A DNA stretch of 64,000 bases, from contig CAYXYY010000011.1 in the NCBI GenBank assembly GCA_964469495.1, positions 30,845 through 94,844 on the forward strand, in the 5' to 3' direction. The position numbers and the translations under genes were made by a program. The stretch comes from an uncultured Planctomycetia bacterium (GTDB taxonomy: Bacteria; Omnitrophota; Gorgyraeia; S143-82). The notes under the pieces were generated by a model, which was given only the letters and a program-made list of their open reading frames with translations, did not search any database and was not told the DNA's origin. Every line of letters begins with the position of its first letter. Position 1 is the first letter of the stretch. Shown piece after piece: positions 28,773 through 38,070 of this stretch.

Positions 28773-30374
28773 ATGATTAAGATTGCCCTTGCTCAGATCA
28801 ATGCCGTTGTCGGCGATATCAAGGGCAATACGGGAAAAATCGTAGAGTATTGCCTTAAGGCCTCGTCAAAAGGCGCGGATATAGCGGTGTTTCCGGAGAT
28901 GTCCTTAACAGGATATCCTCCGGAGGACCTGCTTTTTAGGGATGATTTTATCGCCTCTAGTAAAAATGCCCTGCGCTTGATAGCAAAGGCCGTTAATGTC
29001 CCATATGTGGTAGTAGGACTTCCTGTAAAAAGGTCTGTGTATTTGTATAATGCAGCGGCCCTTATTAGCAGAGATGGGATATCTTTCCATTTTAAGAATG
29101 CCCTGCCTAATTATGGAGTCTTTGACGAGAAGCGCTATTTTAGCGCAGGCAACGAATTTCTGTCCTTTCATATCAAAGGCAAGTGTCTTGTTTTGAGCAT
29201 ATGTGAAGATATATGGGATAAAGAGGCGATATCTGCGATTAAAGATATTCGGCCGGATATATTGATGAATTTGTCTGCCTCGCCTTTTTTTGCAGGCAGG
29301 ATTAGGCAAAGGGTGAGCCACATCAGGTCTGTTGCAAAAAAAGTAGGCGCTGATGTTGTGTATGTTAATTTAGTTGGCGGGCAGGATGAGCTTATCTTTG
29401 ACGGCGGTTCAATGGTGGTCAGTGGCAAAGGGCTTTTGCATATAAGCCCGCAGTTTAAGGAATCCATTTCTTTTGTTTCTCTGCCGGGCAGGAAAAGGCC
29501 AAAACCTGTTGATTTTATGCCATTGGCAGAAGAGGTTTATGAGGCCTTAAAGTTGTCTTTGAGGGACTATGTAATCAAAAACGGATTTTCGTCTGTTGTT
29601 TTGGGCCTAAGCGGCGGGATAGACTCGGCCTTAACCGCAGCCATTGCCGCAGATAGCCTTGGAAGAAAGAATGTTATGGCATTGATTATGCCTTCAAGGT
29701 TTAGCTCTGATGAGACGCAGTTAGATGCAGAGTCTTTGGCAAAAAGATTGGGGATTAGGTATTATCGGATACCTATTTCACGAATATATGATACGTTTAT
29801 ACAGAGTCTTGCGCCTATTTTTAGGGATATGCCTTTTAATGTTGCTGAAGAAAATATCCAAGCAAGGATTCGCGGAACGCTTTTAATGGCGGTTTCCAAT
29901 AAGTTCGCTAGTTTGCTGATTACAACAGGCAATAAGAGTGAGATGAGTGTTGGTTATTGTACGTTATATGGTGATATGGCAGGCGGGTTTGCCCTGCTTA
30001 AAGACGTGCCAAAGACATTGGTTTATAGGCTTTCAAGGTTTTATAATAGGAAATTCCCGAGCAGGGCCATACCTGAATCTATTTTGAAACGCGCGCCTTC
30101 TGCGGAGTTAAGAGAGGGGCAGAAGGATGAGGATTCTCTCGTGCCTTATAGTGAACTTGATGCCTTGATTGAGGCCTATGTAGAGAGGCATAATCCAAAG
30201 AAAGACGTTGTTTCCCTGTTTTCAAGCCAGTCTATGGCAGAAAAGATGATAAGGCTCATTGACAGAAATGAGTATAAACGAAGACAATCACCGCCCGGCC
30301 CAAAGATCACGCCAATGGCCTTTGGCAAGGACTGGCGTATGCCTATAACCAAACAGGTAAGGCTGATTCATTGA
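28773..30374 (+). CDS. nadE: Glutamine-dependent NAD+ synthetase
   Basis: Nitrilase domain (FPEMSLTGYPPEDL, ICEDIW) plus synthetase domain (GLSGGIDS, ENIQARIRG, TGNKSE). Confidence 0.96.
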   Translation: MIKIALAQINAVVGDIKGNTGKIVEYCLKASSKGADIAVFPEMSLTGYPPEDLLFRDDFIASSKNALRLIAKAVNVPYVVVGLPVKRSVYLYNAAALISRDGISFHFKNALPNYGVFDEKRYFSAGNEFLSFHIKGKCLVLSICEDIWDKEAISAIKDIRPDILMNLSASPFFAGRIRQRVSHIRSVAKKVGADVVYVNLVGGQDELIFDGGSMVVSGKGLLHISPQFKESISFVSLPGRKRPKPVDFMPLAEEVYEALKLSLRDYVIKNGFSSVVLGLSGGIDSALTAAIAADSLGRKNVMALIMPSRFSSDETQLDAESLAKRLGIRYYRIPISRIYDTFIQSLAPIFRDMPFNVAEENIQARIRGTLLMAVSNKFASLLITTGNKSEMSVGYCTLYGDMAGGFALLKDVPKTLVYRLSRFYNRKFPSRAIPESILKRAPSAELREGQKDEDSLVPYSELDALIEAYVERHNPKKDVVSLFSSQSMAEKMIRLIDRNEYKRRQSPPGPKITPMAFGKDWRMPITKQVRLIH

Positions 30375-30409
30375 TGGATAATTTTTGTAAGAGATCTTGT
30401 AGCCTGTTT

Positions 30410-31012
30410 TTAGATGTAGTTGGATAGATCAGACAGCGCAAAGTGTGGTTCGTCTATATATTGTGGCGAAATGCCAAGTTTTTTAGCCAATGTGAGTGAA
30501 TTATGCGGCGCTATTATCAGGTCTTTTTGGGATATCAGGAATTTTATTTTTGCGTTTTTTAACAAGTGGAATCCATTGAACGGTTGAGACAGGGTTTCAA
30601 GTTCGTTGATTAGAGTATGTTTGTCTTGTTTTAGGTATTGTTTTAAGCATGTCCTGGAAAATCTTTCAAACGCAGTTGGTTTGCCGTAAAAACATAGTTT
30701 ATAAAACCTGCGCATGGTTTTTTCTTTGTCCTGATGCAGTGATGCGATAAAATTGGCAACGTTGGTTCTGGGCATTTCAATGCAGGAGTTGAGTATAATT
30801 ATCTGTTTGAAAGGTATGTTTTTTTGTTTTTCCATAGATCTCTCAAATCGTTTTATGCCTAATGACCATATAAGGCAGGTGTTGTATTTGCCAAAATTAT
30901 GGACATTTTTATAGTCTATAAACTCTATAGCGTTATTGTCCACAGCATTGTTCACAGCGCATAAATCAAATGCCCAGCCATAGAAAAATATAATTCGTTT
31001 TTTATTTTTCAT
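30410..31012 (-). CDS. Putative pimeloyl-ACP methyl ester esterase (BioG/BioV-like alpha/beta hydrolase)
   Basis: FFYGWAFD, nucleophile motif WSLG, KDLII acid and EPHF His; overlaps the end of bioF. Confidence 0.6.
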   Translation of the reverse strand: MKNKKRIIFFYGWAFDLCAVNNAVDNNAIEFIDYKNVHNFGKYNTCLIWSLGIKRFERSMEKQKNIPFKQIIILNSCIEMPRTNVANFIASLHQDKEKTMRRFYKLCFYGKPTAFERFSRTCLKQYLKQDKHTLINELETLSQPFNGFHLLKNAKIKFLISQKDLIIAPHNSLTLAKKLGISPQYIDEPHFALSDLSNYI

Positions 31013-32111
31013 TGTTTTTTAATCGGGTGATGATATCAGCTAATTTTTGTATATCAGCTCGGCTATGCATAGCGCTTAGCGACAGCCTTATGATTGACTT
31101 GTTGGGCTCCACGGTTGGCGGCCGTATAGCAGGCGCGAATATGCCGTTTTTTCGCAAATACTTGGATGCCGATAATGCGTTTTGTGGTTGCCCGAATATC
31201 ACAGGCAAAATCTGGGAGCTGTGGCCTTTTGGGAGAAAAGGGCATAGCAGATTTATTGCAAAAGAGACATTTTTTTTGAGACGCTCTTTTTTTGTCCCCT
31301 TTATTAGAATAGGAATTTTTTTGTTTATTTCTGAGAATAACATCTCTGGCATAGCTGTTGAAAATACGAATGAACGCGCATAATTGATGAGGTATTGTAT
31401 TAGGGATTTACTGCCGCATACGTATGCTCCCCATAGTCCAAAGGCCTTTCCGAATGTGCCGACGAGGATATCTATGCCATATGTGTCAATATCCCAAACG
31501 CCTACAGAATGGGCTTCATCAATATATAACCAGCAGTTGTATTGTTTGGCAATGGTTTTTATCTCTTCTATCGGGGAGAAGTCCCCGTTCATACTAAAAA
31601 GAGATTCCGTTATGATAAGGGCGTTTCTATAATTTTTGCGATGTTTTTTAATAAGGCTTGCGAGGTGTTCTGTGGAGTTATGCCTAAAGCGGAATATCCT
31701 TGCGCCTGAAAACAATGCCCCGTCGATTATGCTTGCATGTGAAAGTTTGTCGATGAATAACGCGTCTTTTTTATCGGCAATTGCCGATATTACAGATATG
31801 TTAGCGGCATATCCGGATGAGAAAAACAGGCAGGATTCCTTTTTTCTGTAATCGGCCAATGCCTGTTCGGTTGCTTGATACATCTGCCTATTGCCGCTTA
31901 ACAGGCGCGATGCGCCGGATGCCCTTGTTTTGCAGTTGATAGGCATTTGAGCCAGACCAAGGTAATCGTTCGATGCGAAGTCAATAAGCCATTTGTTATT
32001 GGCCTTGATTTTTTGTCTGTGTTTTTCCTGAATAGGAGGGAGCTCGCGCAACAAACCAGCAGAATCGCGATGTTTTAGTTTGTCTTGTAAGAACTCGTTA
32101 AACGTATCCAT
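31002..32111 (-). CDS. bioF: 8-amino-7-oxononanoate synthase
   Basis: FASNDYLGL, SRLLSG, HASIIDG, DEAHS, GTFGKAFG (PLP Lys) and IRPPTV motifs. Confidence 0.94.
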   Translation of the reverse strand: MDTFNEFLQDKLKHRDSAGLLRELPPIQEKHRQKIKANNKWLIDFASNDYLGLAQMPINCKTRASGASRLLSGNRQMYQATEQALADYRKKESCLFFSSGYAANISVISAIADKKDALFIDKLSHASIIDGALFSGARIFRFRHNSTEHLASLIKKHRKNYRNALIITESLFSMNGDFSPIEEIKTIAKQYNCWLYIDEAHSVGVWDIDTYGIDILVGTFGKAFGLWGAYVCGSKSLIQYLINYARSFVFSTAMPEMLFSEINKKIPILIKGTKKERLKKNVSFAINLLCPFLPKGHSSQILPVIFGQPQNALSASKYLRKNGIFAPAIRPPTVEPNKSIIRLSLSAMHSRADIQKLADIITRLKNNEK

Positions 32112-32114
32112 AAA

Positions 32115-32939
32115 TTATGTCTCTGCGCGCGACTTTACTCTGACGGTATATGTCTTGCCGTCTATTGTAAACGTTGCGGAAATGAAATCGTTTGTGTTAG
32201 CAAATGTCAGGTTTGAGACGCCGCTGGATATTACATAGGTAGTTGTCCCGATCTTTCGAACCAGTTTGTCTGCGCTTAAAAATATTTCAACCGGGCCTAT
32301 CCATTCTATTTCGCCGTCGCTGGCTATGGATTTTCTATAAAAGGATAAGTGGCTATTGCCTTCTGACAATGTAATCGTATGCGATGTGTCAGTCCCTGCC
32401 TGCCTGAATTCTTTGGATAACGTGTTAAAAATAAGCTGTCTCTGATTAGTCGTGTCCATAACAGTGCCTAACTTATTCATAATAATTTGGCCACGCAGGA
32501 AGATTACACTGACTGCCAGAAGTATTGTAATCATCATGCCCAATCCTATGAGCAGTTCTACGAGTGTCATGCCGTTTGTCTTTTGTTTTTTGTATTGCGG
32601 CAGGAGTATCATCGTAATTGTTCCCAAGAAAAGAATGGCAAAGATGACCTGCAACCAGTAAGGTATGATCATCAATTGGTGTTGTTTTTGCTTTTTGTCA
32701 GATTTGAGGTTATTTTGCGTTTGTTTTTCTGCCCTATTTTCTTTTTGTATTTTTTCTGCCCTTTCGACAAGCTCTATTTGCCTTTGTTTCATTATCTCGC
32801 GTGATTGCCTTTTTATCTCCTGCATAATCTTTTGGGCGTCTTTGATATCAGTATTTTCAGGGACAAAGGCGTTTAATTTGGCCCCGAAAAGCAGGAATGA
32901 TACGGCCAGTATGGATATAATCTTTACAGTTCTTTCCAT
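32115..32939 (-). CDS. PilW-like minor pilin preceded by a Sec signal, coiled coil and TM helix
   Basis: Internal prepilin site KKQKTNG123|MTLVE (Glu at +5) and LSKEFRQAG motif, preceded by 123 extra residues. Confidence 0.75.
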   Translation of the reverse strand: MERTVKIISILAVSFLLFGAKLNAFVPENTDIKDAQKIMQEIKRQSREIMKQRQIELVERAEKIQKENRAEKQTQNNLKSDKKQKQHQLMIIPYWLQVIFAILFLGTITMILLPQYKKQKTNGMTLVELLIGLGMMITILLAVSVIFLRGQIIMNKLGTVMDTTNQRQLIFNTLSKEFRQAGTDTSHTITLSEGNSHLSFYRKSIASDGEIEWIGPVEIFLSADKLVRKIGTTTYVISSGVSNLTFANTNDFISATFTIDGKTYTVRVKSRAET

Positions 32940-34627
32940 GCAACCACCTCTGGTTCAGAAAGGTCCTTTGGCAGGTAAAAGGTATCACTGAATTGCTTTA
33001 TTCTTGGGTCGTAATTCATTGTAATGCTTCCACTGAATATGATTGCCTCGTCTCTAGAAACGATCCCTCCGTTAATCGTAAGGCTGCCGGTTCTTCCTGT
33101 AAAGGCGTGATTGGTGTACATAAATGCATCTATTCTCGTAATCTGATAATAGGGTTCTGATAGAGAGGAGAATGAATAATTATCCAAAGAACTTTCATAA
33201 TACCTTCTATTTGTTCCATCGCTTTTTTTGCCTCCATCATAATTTGTATAATTGCCGTCAAAATAGGGCAGGCCATTTTTGTAGTATTTGACATAACCGT
33301 TTGTGCTATCAGTATCATCAACAGGGTATTCCCCTGTGAAAGAAGGCTTTATATAATTCTTGACGTAATTCCAAGATGAATCCGTATAATCTCCCACGAC
33401 AACATTGCCTTTGGCCGCAAGTCCTAAAAAGTCTTTTGATTGATTCTCCTGAAGTGTCTGTTCGGGATTAGTATCCGGTTTAGGCCATACAGGTGGATCA
33501 TCGTATGTTATATTGCCCAATATGTGGACGTTTCTTCCAGCATAGATAGTGCCTTGTCCTTTTACAACGCCTTTGATTAAAACATCTCCCGTGATAACAA
33601 CAGGCCCGTTTATCTCTATAGGATTAGACGGTGTGCCAACAAGAACTATGTCGCCTTCCAATACAGCATCCACTATAACACTGCCGCCTTGTTTGATCTG
33701 CCCGCCGGCGTTTGTTACGACTGTCTTGTAATAATCCAGATCACCCAGATAGGGCATAGGAACAACCTCTTGGGCATTATATTGAGAAGATGTTCCGTCA
33801 TATCCGAACTCAAATTCATAGGTATCCAATAAACCGTTTCCATTTGTATCTTCTCCTGTGTCTAATATGCCGTTGTGGTTTAGATCTTCGCTTGGCGCTG
33901 TTGGATTGCCCGGCCGCGCAATAGACGGGGCAGTTGCAAGATAAGTTGACCAGGAGTCATATCTATTGGTACCAAGGACGTTTCCTCCTGATCCAAGAGA
34001 GGGGTTGTATGCGGCATACGCATTTCCATTTACTTTAGGGTTGTATCGAAAAGAGAAATCCCCATTGGAACGCACGTCCCCGTTTGCCGTAATAGAACTG
34101 CCCCAAAACCATCCGAAATTATTAATGAAATAGGTATAGTCAAATACCTTCGAGGCCTTTAGCCCGTATCTTATAACAGCTTGTATTGTCTTTGTCGTAG
34201 AACCGCTAGTGCCTTGAGCCTGTAATATAACATCACGTCCGTCCCCATTATCTATTCTCTGCACGTCGATTATAGATACAGTATAACTTCCAGTTGCAAG
34301 TGTGCCTGTCACAGGGAAAGAATATGGAGGAGATTCTGATAGCAGGGAATCAAACCACGAAAAAGATGAGATGCTCCATGCCCCAGTGGGGCTATAAAAA
34401 TGAGCGGAAAACAAAATCTCCAATTCCTGTTTTACCTTTTCTATCCCTGATTGAGCAGCATATATTGCCTGCAGAGATTCCTGAGATCTTAAGGTGAGTT
34501 TCGATGTGTTGTATGCCCTGATAGAGCCTGCAACCACAAGCCCTGTCAACAACAATAATATGACATAGGAGCTTATCATTATGAATCCGTTATTGTCTTG
34601 TATGTGTTTTTTGGATACCCCAAACAT
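32924..34627 (-). CDS. PilX-like minor pilin with a large C-terminal domain
   Basis: NNG|FIMIS hydrophobic helix without Glu5; QAIYAAQSGIE PilX motif; Ca-binding-like EDLNHNGILDTGEDTNGNGLLD. Confidence 0.78.
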   Translation of the reverse strand: MFGVSKKHIQDNNGFIMISSYVILLLLTGLVVAGSIRAYNTSKLTLRSQESLQAIYAAQSGIEKVKQELEILFSAHFYSPTGAWSISSFSWFDSLLSESPPYSFPVTGTLATGSYTVSIIDVQRIDNGDGRDVILQAQGTSGSTTKTIQAVIRYGLKASKVFDYTYFINNFGWFWGSSITANGDVRSNGDFSFRYNPKVNGNAYAAYNPSLGSGGNVLGTNRYDSWSTYLATAPSIARPGNPTAPSEDLNHNGILDTGEDTNGNGLLDTYEFEFGYDGTSSQYNAQEVVPMPYLGDLDYYKTVVTNAGGQIKQGGSVIVDAVLEGDIVLVGTPSNPIEINGPVVITGDVLIKGVVKGQGTIYAGRNVHILGNITYDDPPVWPKPDTNPEQTLQENQSKDFLGLAAKGNVVVGDYTDSSWNYVKNYIKPSFTGEYPVDDTDSTNGYVKYYKNGLPYFDGNYTNYDGGKKSDGTNRRYYESSLDNYSFSSLSEPYYQITRIDAFMYTNHAFTGRTGSLTINGGIVSRDEAIIFSGSITMNYDPRIKQFSDTFYLPKDLSEPEVVAWKEL

Positions 34628-34631
34628 TGTT

Positions 34632-35027
34632 TTAACTGCCTGCCTTTAAGAATTCAACACTCATATTAACAGGTGCACTCTTGTAATTCCACGATATTGT
34701 TGCATTTATCTTTAAAGGGTCTGCATATGCCCCGTCAGGAAAGGTTACTGATAATGACTCGTTGGGCAATGGCATTGCGAGGTTGCTTTGTGCCCACACT
34801 TGCCAGTTTGTTGAGGTTATCTCATCTGTGTTAAGCGCTTGCATCTCTTCAAGGACTATCTGGAGCTGATATATAGCTGACGCCTTTTCATTATCAAGCC
34901 CGACTAAGATGGTATTTGATATAATAGAGCCTAAAATGCCAATTAAAGCTGTTCCCAAGAAAAAGGCGGCAATCAATACCTCTAACATGCTGAATCCATT
35001 TTGCCTTTTTCCCTTTATCTGCTTCAT
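34632..35027 (-). CDS. PilV-like minor type IV pilin
   Basis: KRQNG|FSMLEVLIA class III signal peptide. Confidence 0.85.
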   Translation of the reverse strand: MKQIKGKRQNGFSMLEVLIAAFFLGTALIGILGSIISNTILVGLDNEKASAIYQLQIVLEEMQALNTDEITSTNWQVWAQSNLAMPLPNESLSVTFPDGAYADPLKINATISWNYKSAPVNMSVEFLKAGS

Positions 35028-35070
35028 TATCCGCTCCTTAAATTCATCCTATAACGCCTTCAAAGGGCGC

Positions 35071-35103
35071 AAAAAAAGCGCAGGGCAAAAAATGCCCTGC
35101 GCT
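35071..35103 (-). terminator. Intrinsic terminator after the major pilin gene
   Basis: Minus strand AGCGCAGGGCA-ttttt-TGCCCTGCGCT followed by a T run. Confidence 0.85.
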
Positions 35104-35113
35104 CAGATTCAAA

Positions 35114-35557
35114 TTATATACTTGACCAAGTTGTGCCGCAACTAGAGCCAGTATAATCTGTGCTTTCTATTGTTCCGCCTTGAGTTACCCTATAACACTT
35201 GGTACCCAAATTGCTGTTTTGTGGTGTTGCCCGAACCGTATAAGTTGTAGTTGTAGGAGTCCCAACGATGCTGATATTATATCCCGATTTTAAAATGCTG
35301 GCAGTAGTTACATTATACCTGCTTGGAAGGTATCCATTAGCGTGTAGTGTGGAGAAAAAGTTCGTTGTTGGATACTGGTCATTTGCAATGAAGTATCCTT
35401 CAGCGGCCGTTCCGATTGTCCTGATCTCTGCGAGTGCTGCCTGCTGGTTTGCTGTCCTTCTGTTTCCAAGCAAGGAAGGCAGGGATATGCCAACCAAAAC
35501 AGCTATGATCGCAACGACGATCATCATTTCAATAAGTGTAAAACCTTTGTTTTTCAT
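35114..35557 (-). CDS. Type IV pilin, probable major subunit (PilA/PilE-like)
   Basis: MKNKG|FTLIEMMIVVAIIAVL; C-terminal Cys pair; has its own terminator. Confidence 0.92.
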   Translation of the reverse strand: MKNKGFTLIEMMIVVAIIAVLVGISLPSLLGNRRTANQQAALAEIRTIGTAAEGYFIANDQYPTTNFFSTLHANGYLPSRYNVTTASILKSGYNISIVGTPTTTTYTVRATPQNSNLGTKCYRVTQGGTIESTDYTGSSCGTTWSSI

Positions 35558-35684
35558 CTTAACCCCCTTTGTCGTCTGTCCTTAACTTGCCCCTTTTGGC
35601 TATAAGTTAGAATAAAACCATGCTTCCCAAGGGCCCTCCTTTTTAGTATCCTCTTCCTCACCTCCTTTCTTGCCAAGTGGCAAT

Positions 35685-35724
35685 AAAAAAACCTGTCCGG
35701 CAGCCAAAACGCCAAACAGGTTTT
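35685..35724 (-). terminator. Riboswitch expression-platform terminator
   Basis: Minus strand AAAACCTGTTTGGC…GCCGGACAGG followed by T7, directly 3' of the aptamer. Confidence 0.8.
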
Positions 35725-35732
35725 CTATAATA

Positions 35733-35835
35733 GCCGGCAACTGGCTGCCCAGTTCTTGTCCCCCCTCAGGAACAAGCCTTGGGGCCCTATAGCTTTGCGC
35801 CCCCGCCTTTCGGCGGGTTTGCCCTTTTCGGTTAG
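35733..35835 (-). ncRNA. c-di-GMP-I (GEMM-I) riboswitch aptamer
   Basis: Minus strand AAAAGGGCAAACCCGCCGAAAGGCGGGGGCGCAAAGCTATAGGGCCCCAAG…GGCAGCCAGTTGCCG, showing GGCAAAC, a GAAA tetraloop, CGCAAAG and the 3' GTTGCCG. Confidence 0.9.
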
Positions 35836-35878
35836 AAAAGCCATAATTTCAAAGAGCACCTTTCTTCCTGCATACATA

Positions 35879-35906
35879 ACTATATCTTATCCCCCTGTTT
35901 TGTCAA
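35879..35906 (-). promoter_or_regulatory. Sigma70-type promoter of the riboswitch-pilin leader
   Basis: Minus strand TTGACA-N16-TATAGT. Confidence 0.65.
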
Positions 35907-36082
35907 CTTTTTATTTTTGCCCCCAAACCAAAATGCATAACCATTTGTCAAAAACCCATTTATAAAGTATAGCACATGTATGGATAAAGGCAAGTTTATT
36001 TGTCTGTTGATTTTAGCGGCCATGTATGATACTTTATCCCAAGTATTTATTTGCAAATCCGTTTAAATAGGAGGTTTTTACG

Positions 36083-37288
36083 ATGAAAAGGATAGGTGTT
36101 ATTACCAGTGGGGGGGATTGTGGCGGGCTTAATGCCGTTGTGAAGGGCGTTGCGCAGATGGCAAACCATTTAGGTATTCAGTGTTTTGTTATTCCAAATG
36201 GATATGCAGGGTTATATAACCTAGTTAAATTTGATAATCTGGTTGAACTTACTCCCGACAGAGTTGATTTTGTAGATGCAAATGTTGCAGGATCTGAAGT
36301 AGGACATTCCAGGGTAAAGATAAAGAAGATAAATGACCCGAATAAGTATGAGAGGATTAAACAAGGCCTAAAGAAGTTTGGGATAGACGGTTTGGTTATA
36401 AGCGGCGGAGATGATACGGGTTCTGTCTTGGTTGATTTGAACGAACATGGCATTAAGTGCGTGCATGCGCCTAAAACGATGGATATGGACCTTCAGACCT
36501 ATTCTGTTGGCGCGGATTCAACGATAAATAGGATAGCTGAGTTTGCAGAATCCCTTAAGACAACGGGTAAAACGCATAATAGAATTATTGTCCTTGAGGT
36601 ATTCGGCAGGTATGCTGGCCATACCGCCTTTCGCGGAGGGATTGGCGCGGATGCCGATGCCATTCTTATCCCGGAGATACCTGTTGATTTCAACATTTTA
36701 TACGAACATGCAAAACAGAGGTATATGCATAGGATAGAAAACAGCGATGTTAAGGCAGGCACATATCTTATTGTTGTGGCAGAGGGCATTAGGGATGCCA
36801 GCGGATCTGAGATCGTCGATGAGAGCGCAGGCGTAGACGCCTTTGGCCATAAAAAACTAGCAGGGGCGGGCAAGTATGTTAGTCAACAGCTGACAAAGCG
36901 TTTTAAGGCTGATCCTGAGATAAAGGATTTTATGAAGAAGCAGAAGATGTATGTGGAAGGGCTCTATGAAGTGCCTGAGGTAAGAGACGTTAGGCCGGGG
37001 CATTTGGTCAGGTGCGGGCATTCCTCTGCGTATGATGTGAATTTTGGGAAAGAGGCAGGCGCTGCTGCTGTTCTGCTTTTGTCAAATGGAATTGTCGGCA
37101 TAACAGTCGTTGGCATAAAGGGCAATGAGGTTCAATATATACCTGCAAAAGAGGCCATAAAACAGCGTCATGTTGATTTGGAGATCGTTGCTTACCATGA
37201 GGCAATGGGAGTGTGTTTTGGAAGGCCTGCGCCGAAGATATCTCCAAATTTGGTTGAATTAAAGGGCGGGGTAGAGAGGTATATGTAA
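36083..37288 (+). CDS. pfp: 6-phosphofructokinase, probably PPi-dependent
   Basis: ITSGGDCGGLN; GGDDT and PKTMDMD carry the Asp/Lys pair diagnostic of PPi use. Confidence 0.85.
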   Translation: MKRIGVITSGGDCGGLNAVVKGVAQMANHLGIQCFVIPNGYAGLYNLVKFDNLVELTPDRVDFVDANVAGSEVGHSRVKIKKINDPNKYERIKQGLKKFGIDGLVISGGDDTGSVLVDLNEHGIKCVHAPKTMDMDLQTYSVGADSTINRIAEFAESLKTTGKTHNRIIVLEVFGRYAGHTAFRGGIGADADAILIPEIPVDFNILYEHAKQRYMHRIENSDVKAGTYLIVVAEGIRDASGSEIVDESAGVDAFGHKKLAGAGKYVSQQLTKRFKADPEIKDFMKKQKMYVEGLYEVPEVRDVRPGHLVRCGHSSAYDVNFGKEAGAAAVLLLSNGIVGITVVGIKGNEVQYIPAKEAIKQRHVDLEIVAYHEAMGVCFGRPAPKISPNLVELKGGVERYM

Positions 37289-37290
37289 AA

Positions 37291-38070
37291 TCAGTTTTCT
37301 ATTGCTTTTTGGGGAAATATATTAATCGTATGGAAGATCCGGACAAAGGCCTGTCCGGATCTTTTTTTAATTTTTCCTTCAGCGCATACGTCTTGGCCTT
37401 TTAAACTGCGTATATAAGATGCCTTTTCGAATGCAATGTTGGCAGGCACTTGAATATAATTATCAATATCCCATAGCAATACATATCCTATATCAGAAAA
37501 CGCAATGTTTTCTATTTTTCCGCAGATTATTTTTACTTTACCTGTGTATTTTAACATCTGTTTTGGGGTAATGATGTTATTTTTATCTGACCATATGCCT
37601 TTTTTGCTCTTTACTGCCTGACAATGCGCTTTAAAAAGCCTTTCTGCATATTTGCCATTGGGCTGCATAAAAAACAGGTATGCAAGGCCATTTCTTAAGA
37701 GTTCTTCGTTTAGCATCTTGTCGTTAATAAAACAGTATGCAAGAATCCTATTGTATTTATCCTGCTTCTGCAGGTCTTGTTCTATTCTTAGGATTCCTGT
37801 CCTGCAGAAATTTTGTGTAAAATTTTTCGCTTCCAGAGAGTATGGTTCATCGACTTCTGTCCATTCAACGCCGTTAAATCTCCTGGTTTCAGGCGTGTCA
37901 ATACCAATCAATCGGACTCTTTTGCTTGAATAAAGCTCAAGTGTATCGCCGTCGATAACCCTCTTTATTGCTAATCCATTTTTATATCTTGCCGTGTAAT
38001 GGACGAAGGTTAACAGGCATATAAATATCGAAAAATATAGGATGTATTGTTTAATCTGTTTCTTTTTCAT
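37291..38070 (-). CDS. Membrane-anchored thermonuclease (SNase family) with an OB-like tail
   Basis: N-terminal TM; VIDGDT, VRLIGIDTPE, DKYNRILAY and GLA motifs. Confidence 0.9.
   Translation of the reverse strand: MKKKQIKQYILYFSIFICLLTFVHYTARYKNGLAIKRVIDGDTLELYSSKRVRLIGIDTPETRRFNGVEWTEVDEPYSLEAKNFTQNFCRTGILRIEQDLQKQDKYNRILAYCFINDKMLNEELLRNGLAYLFFMQPNGKYAERLFKAHCQAVKSKKGIWSDKNNIITPKQMLKYTGKVKIICGKIENIAFSDIGYVLLWDIDNYIQVPANIAFEKASYIRSLKGQDVCAEGKIKKRSGQAFVRIFHTINIFPQKAIEN

Noticed and set aside
35554-35661. 35-aa GTG-initiated leader ORF overlapping the pilin start (ATGA), with extra SD-like motifs
   Set aside because: The SD abuts the GTG and the peptide has no recognisable features; it cannot be supported without conservation data.
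35733-35835. cGAMP-sensing (GEMM-Ib) variant of the riboswitch
   Set aside because: The discriminating position is G (AAGGGCAAAC), not A.
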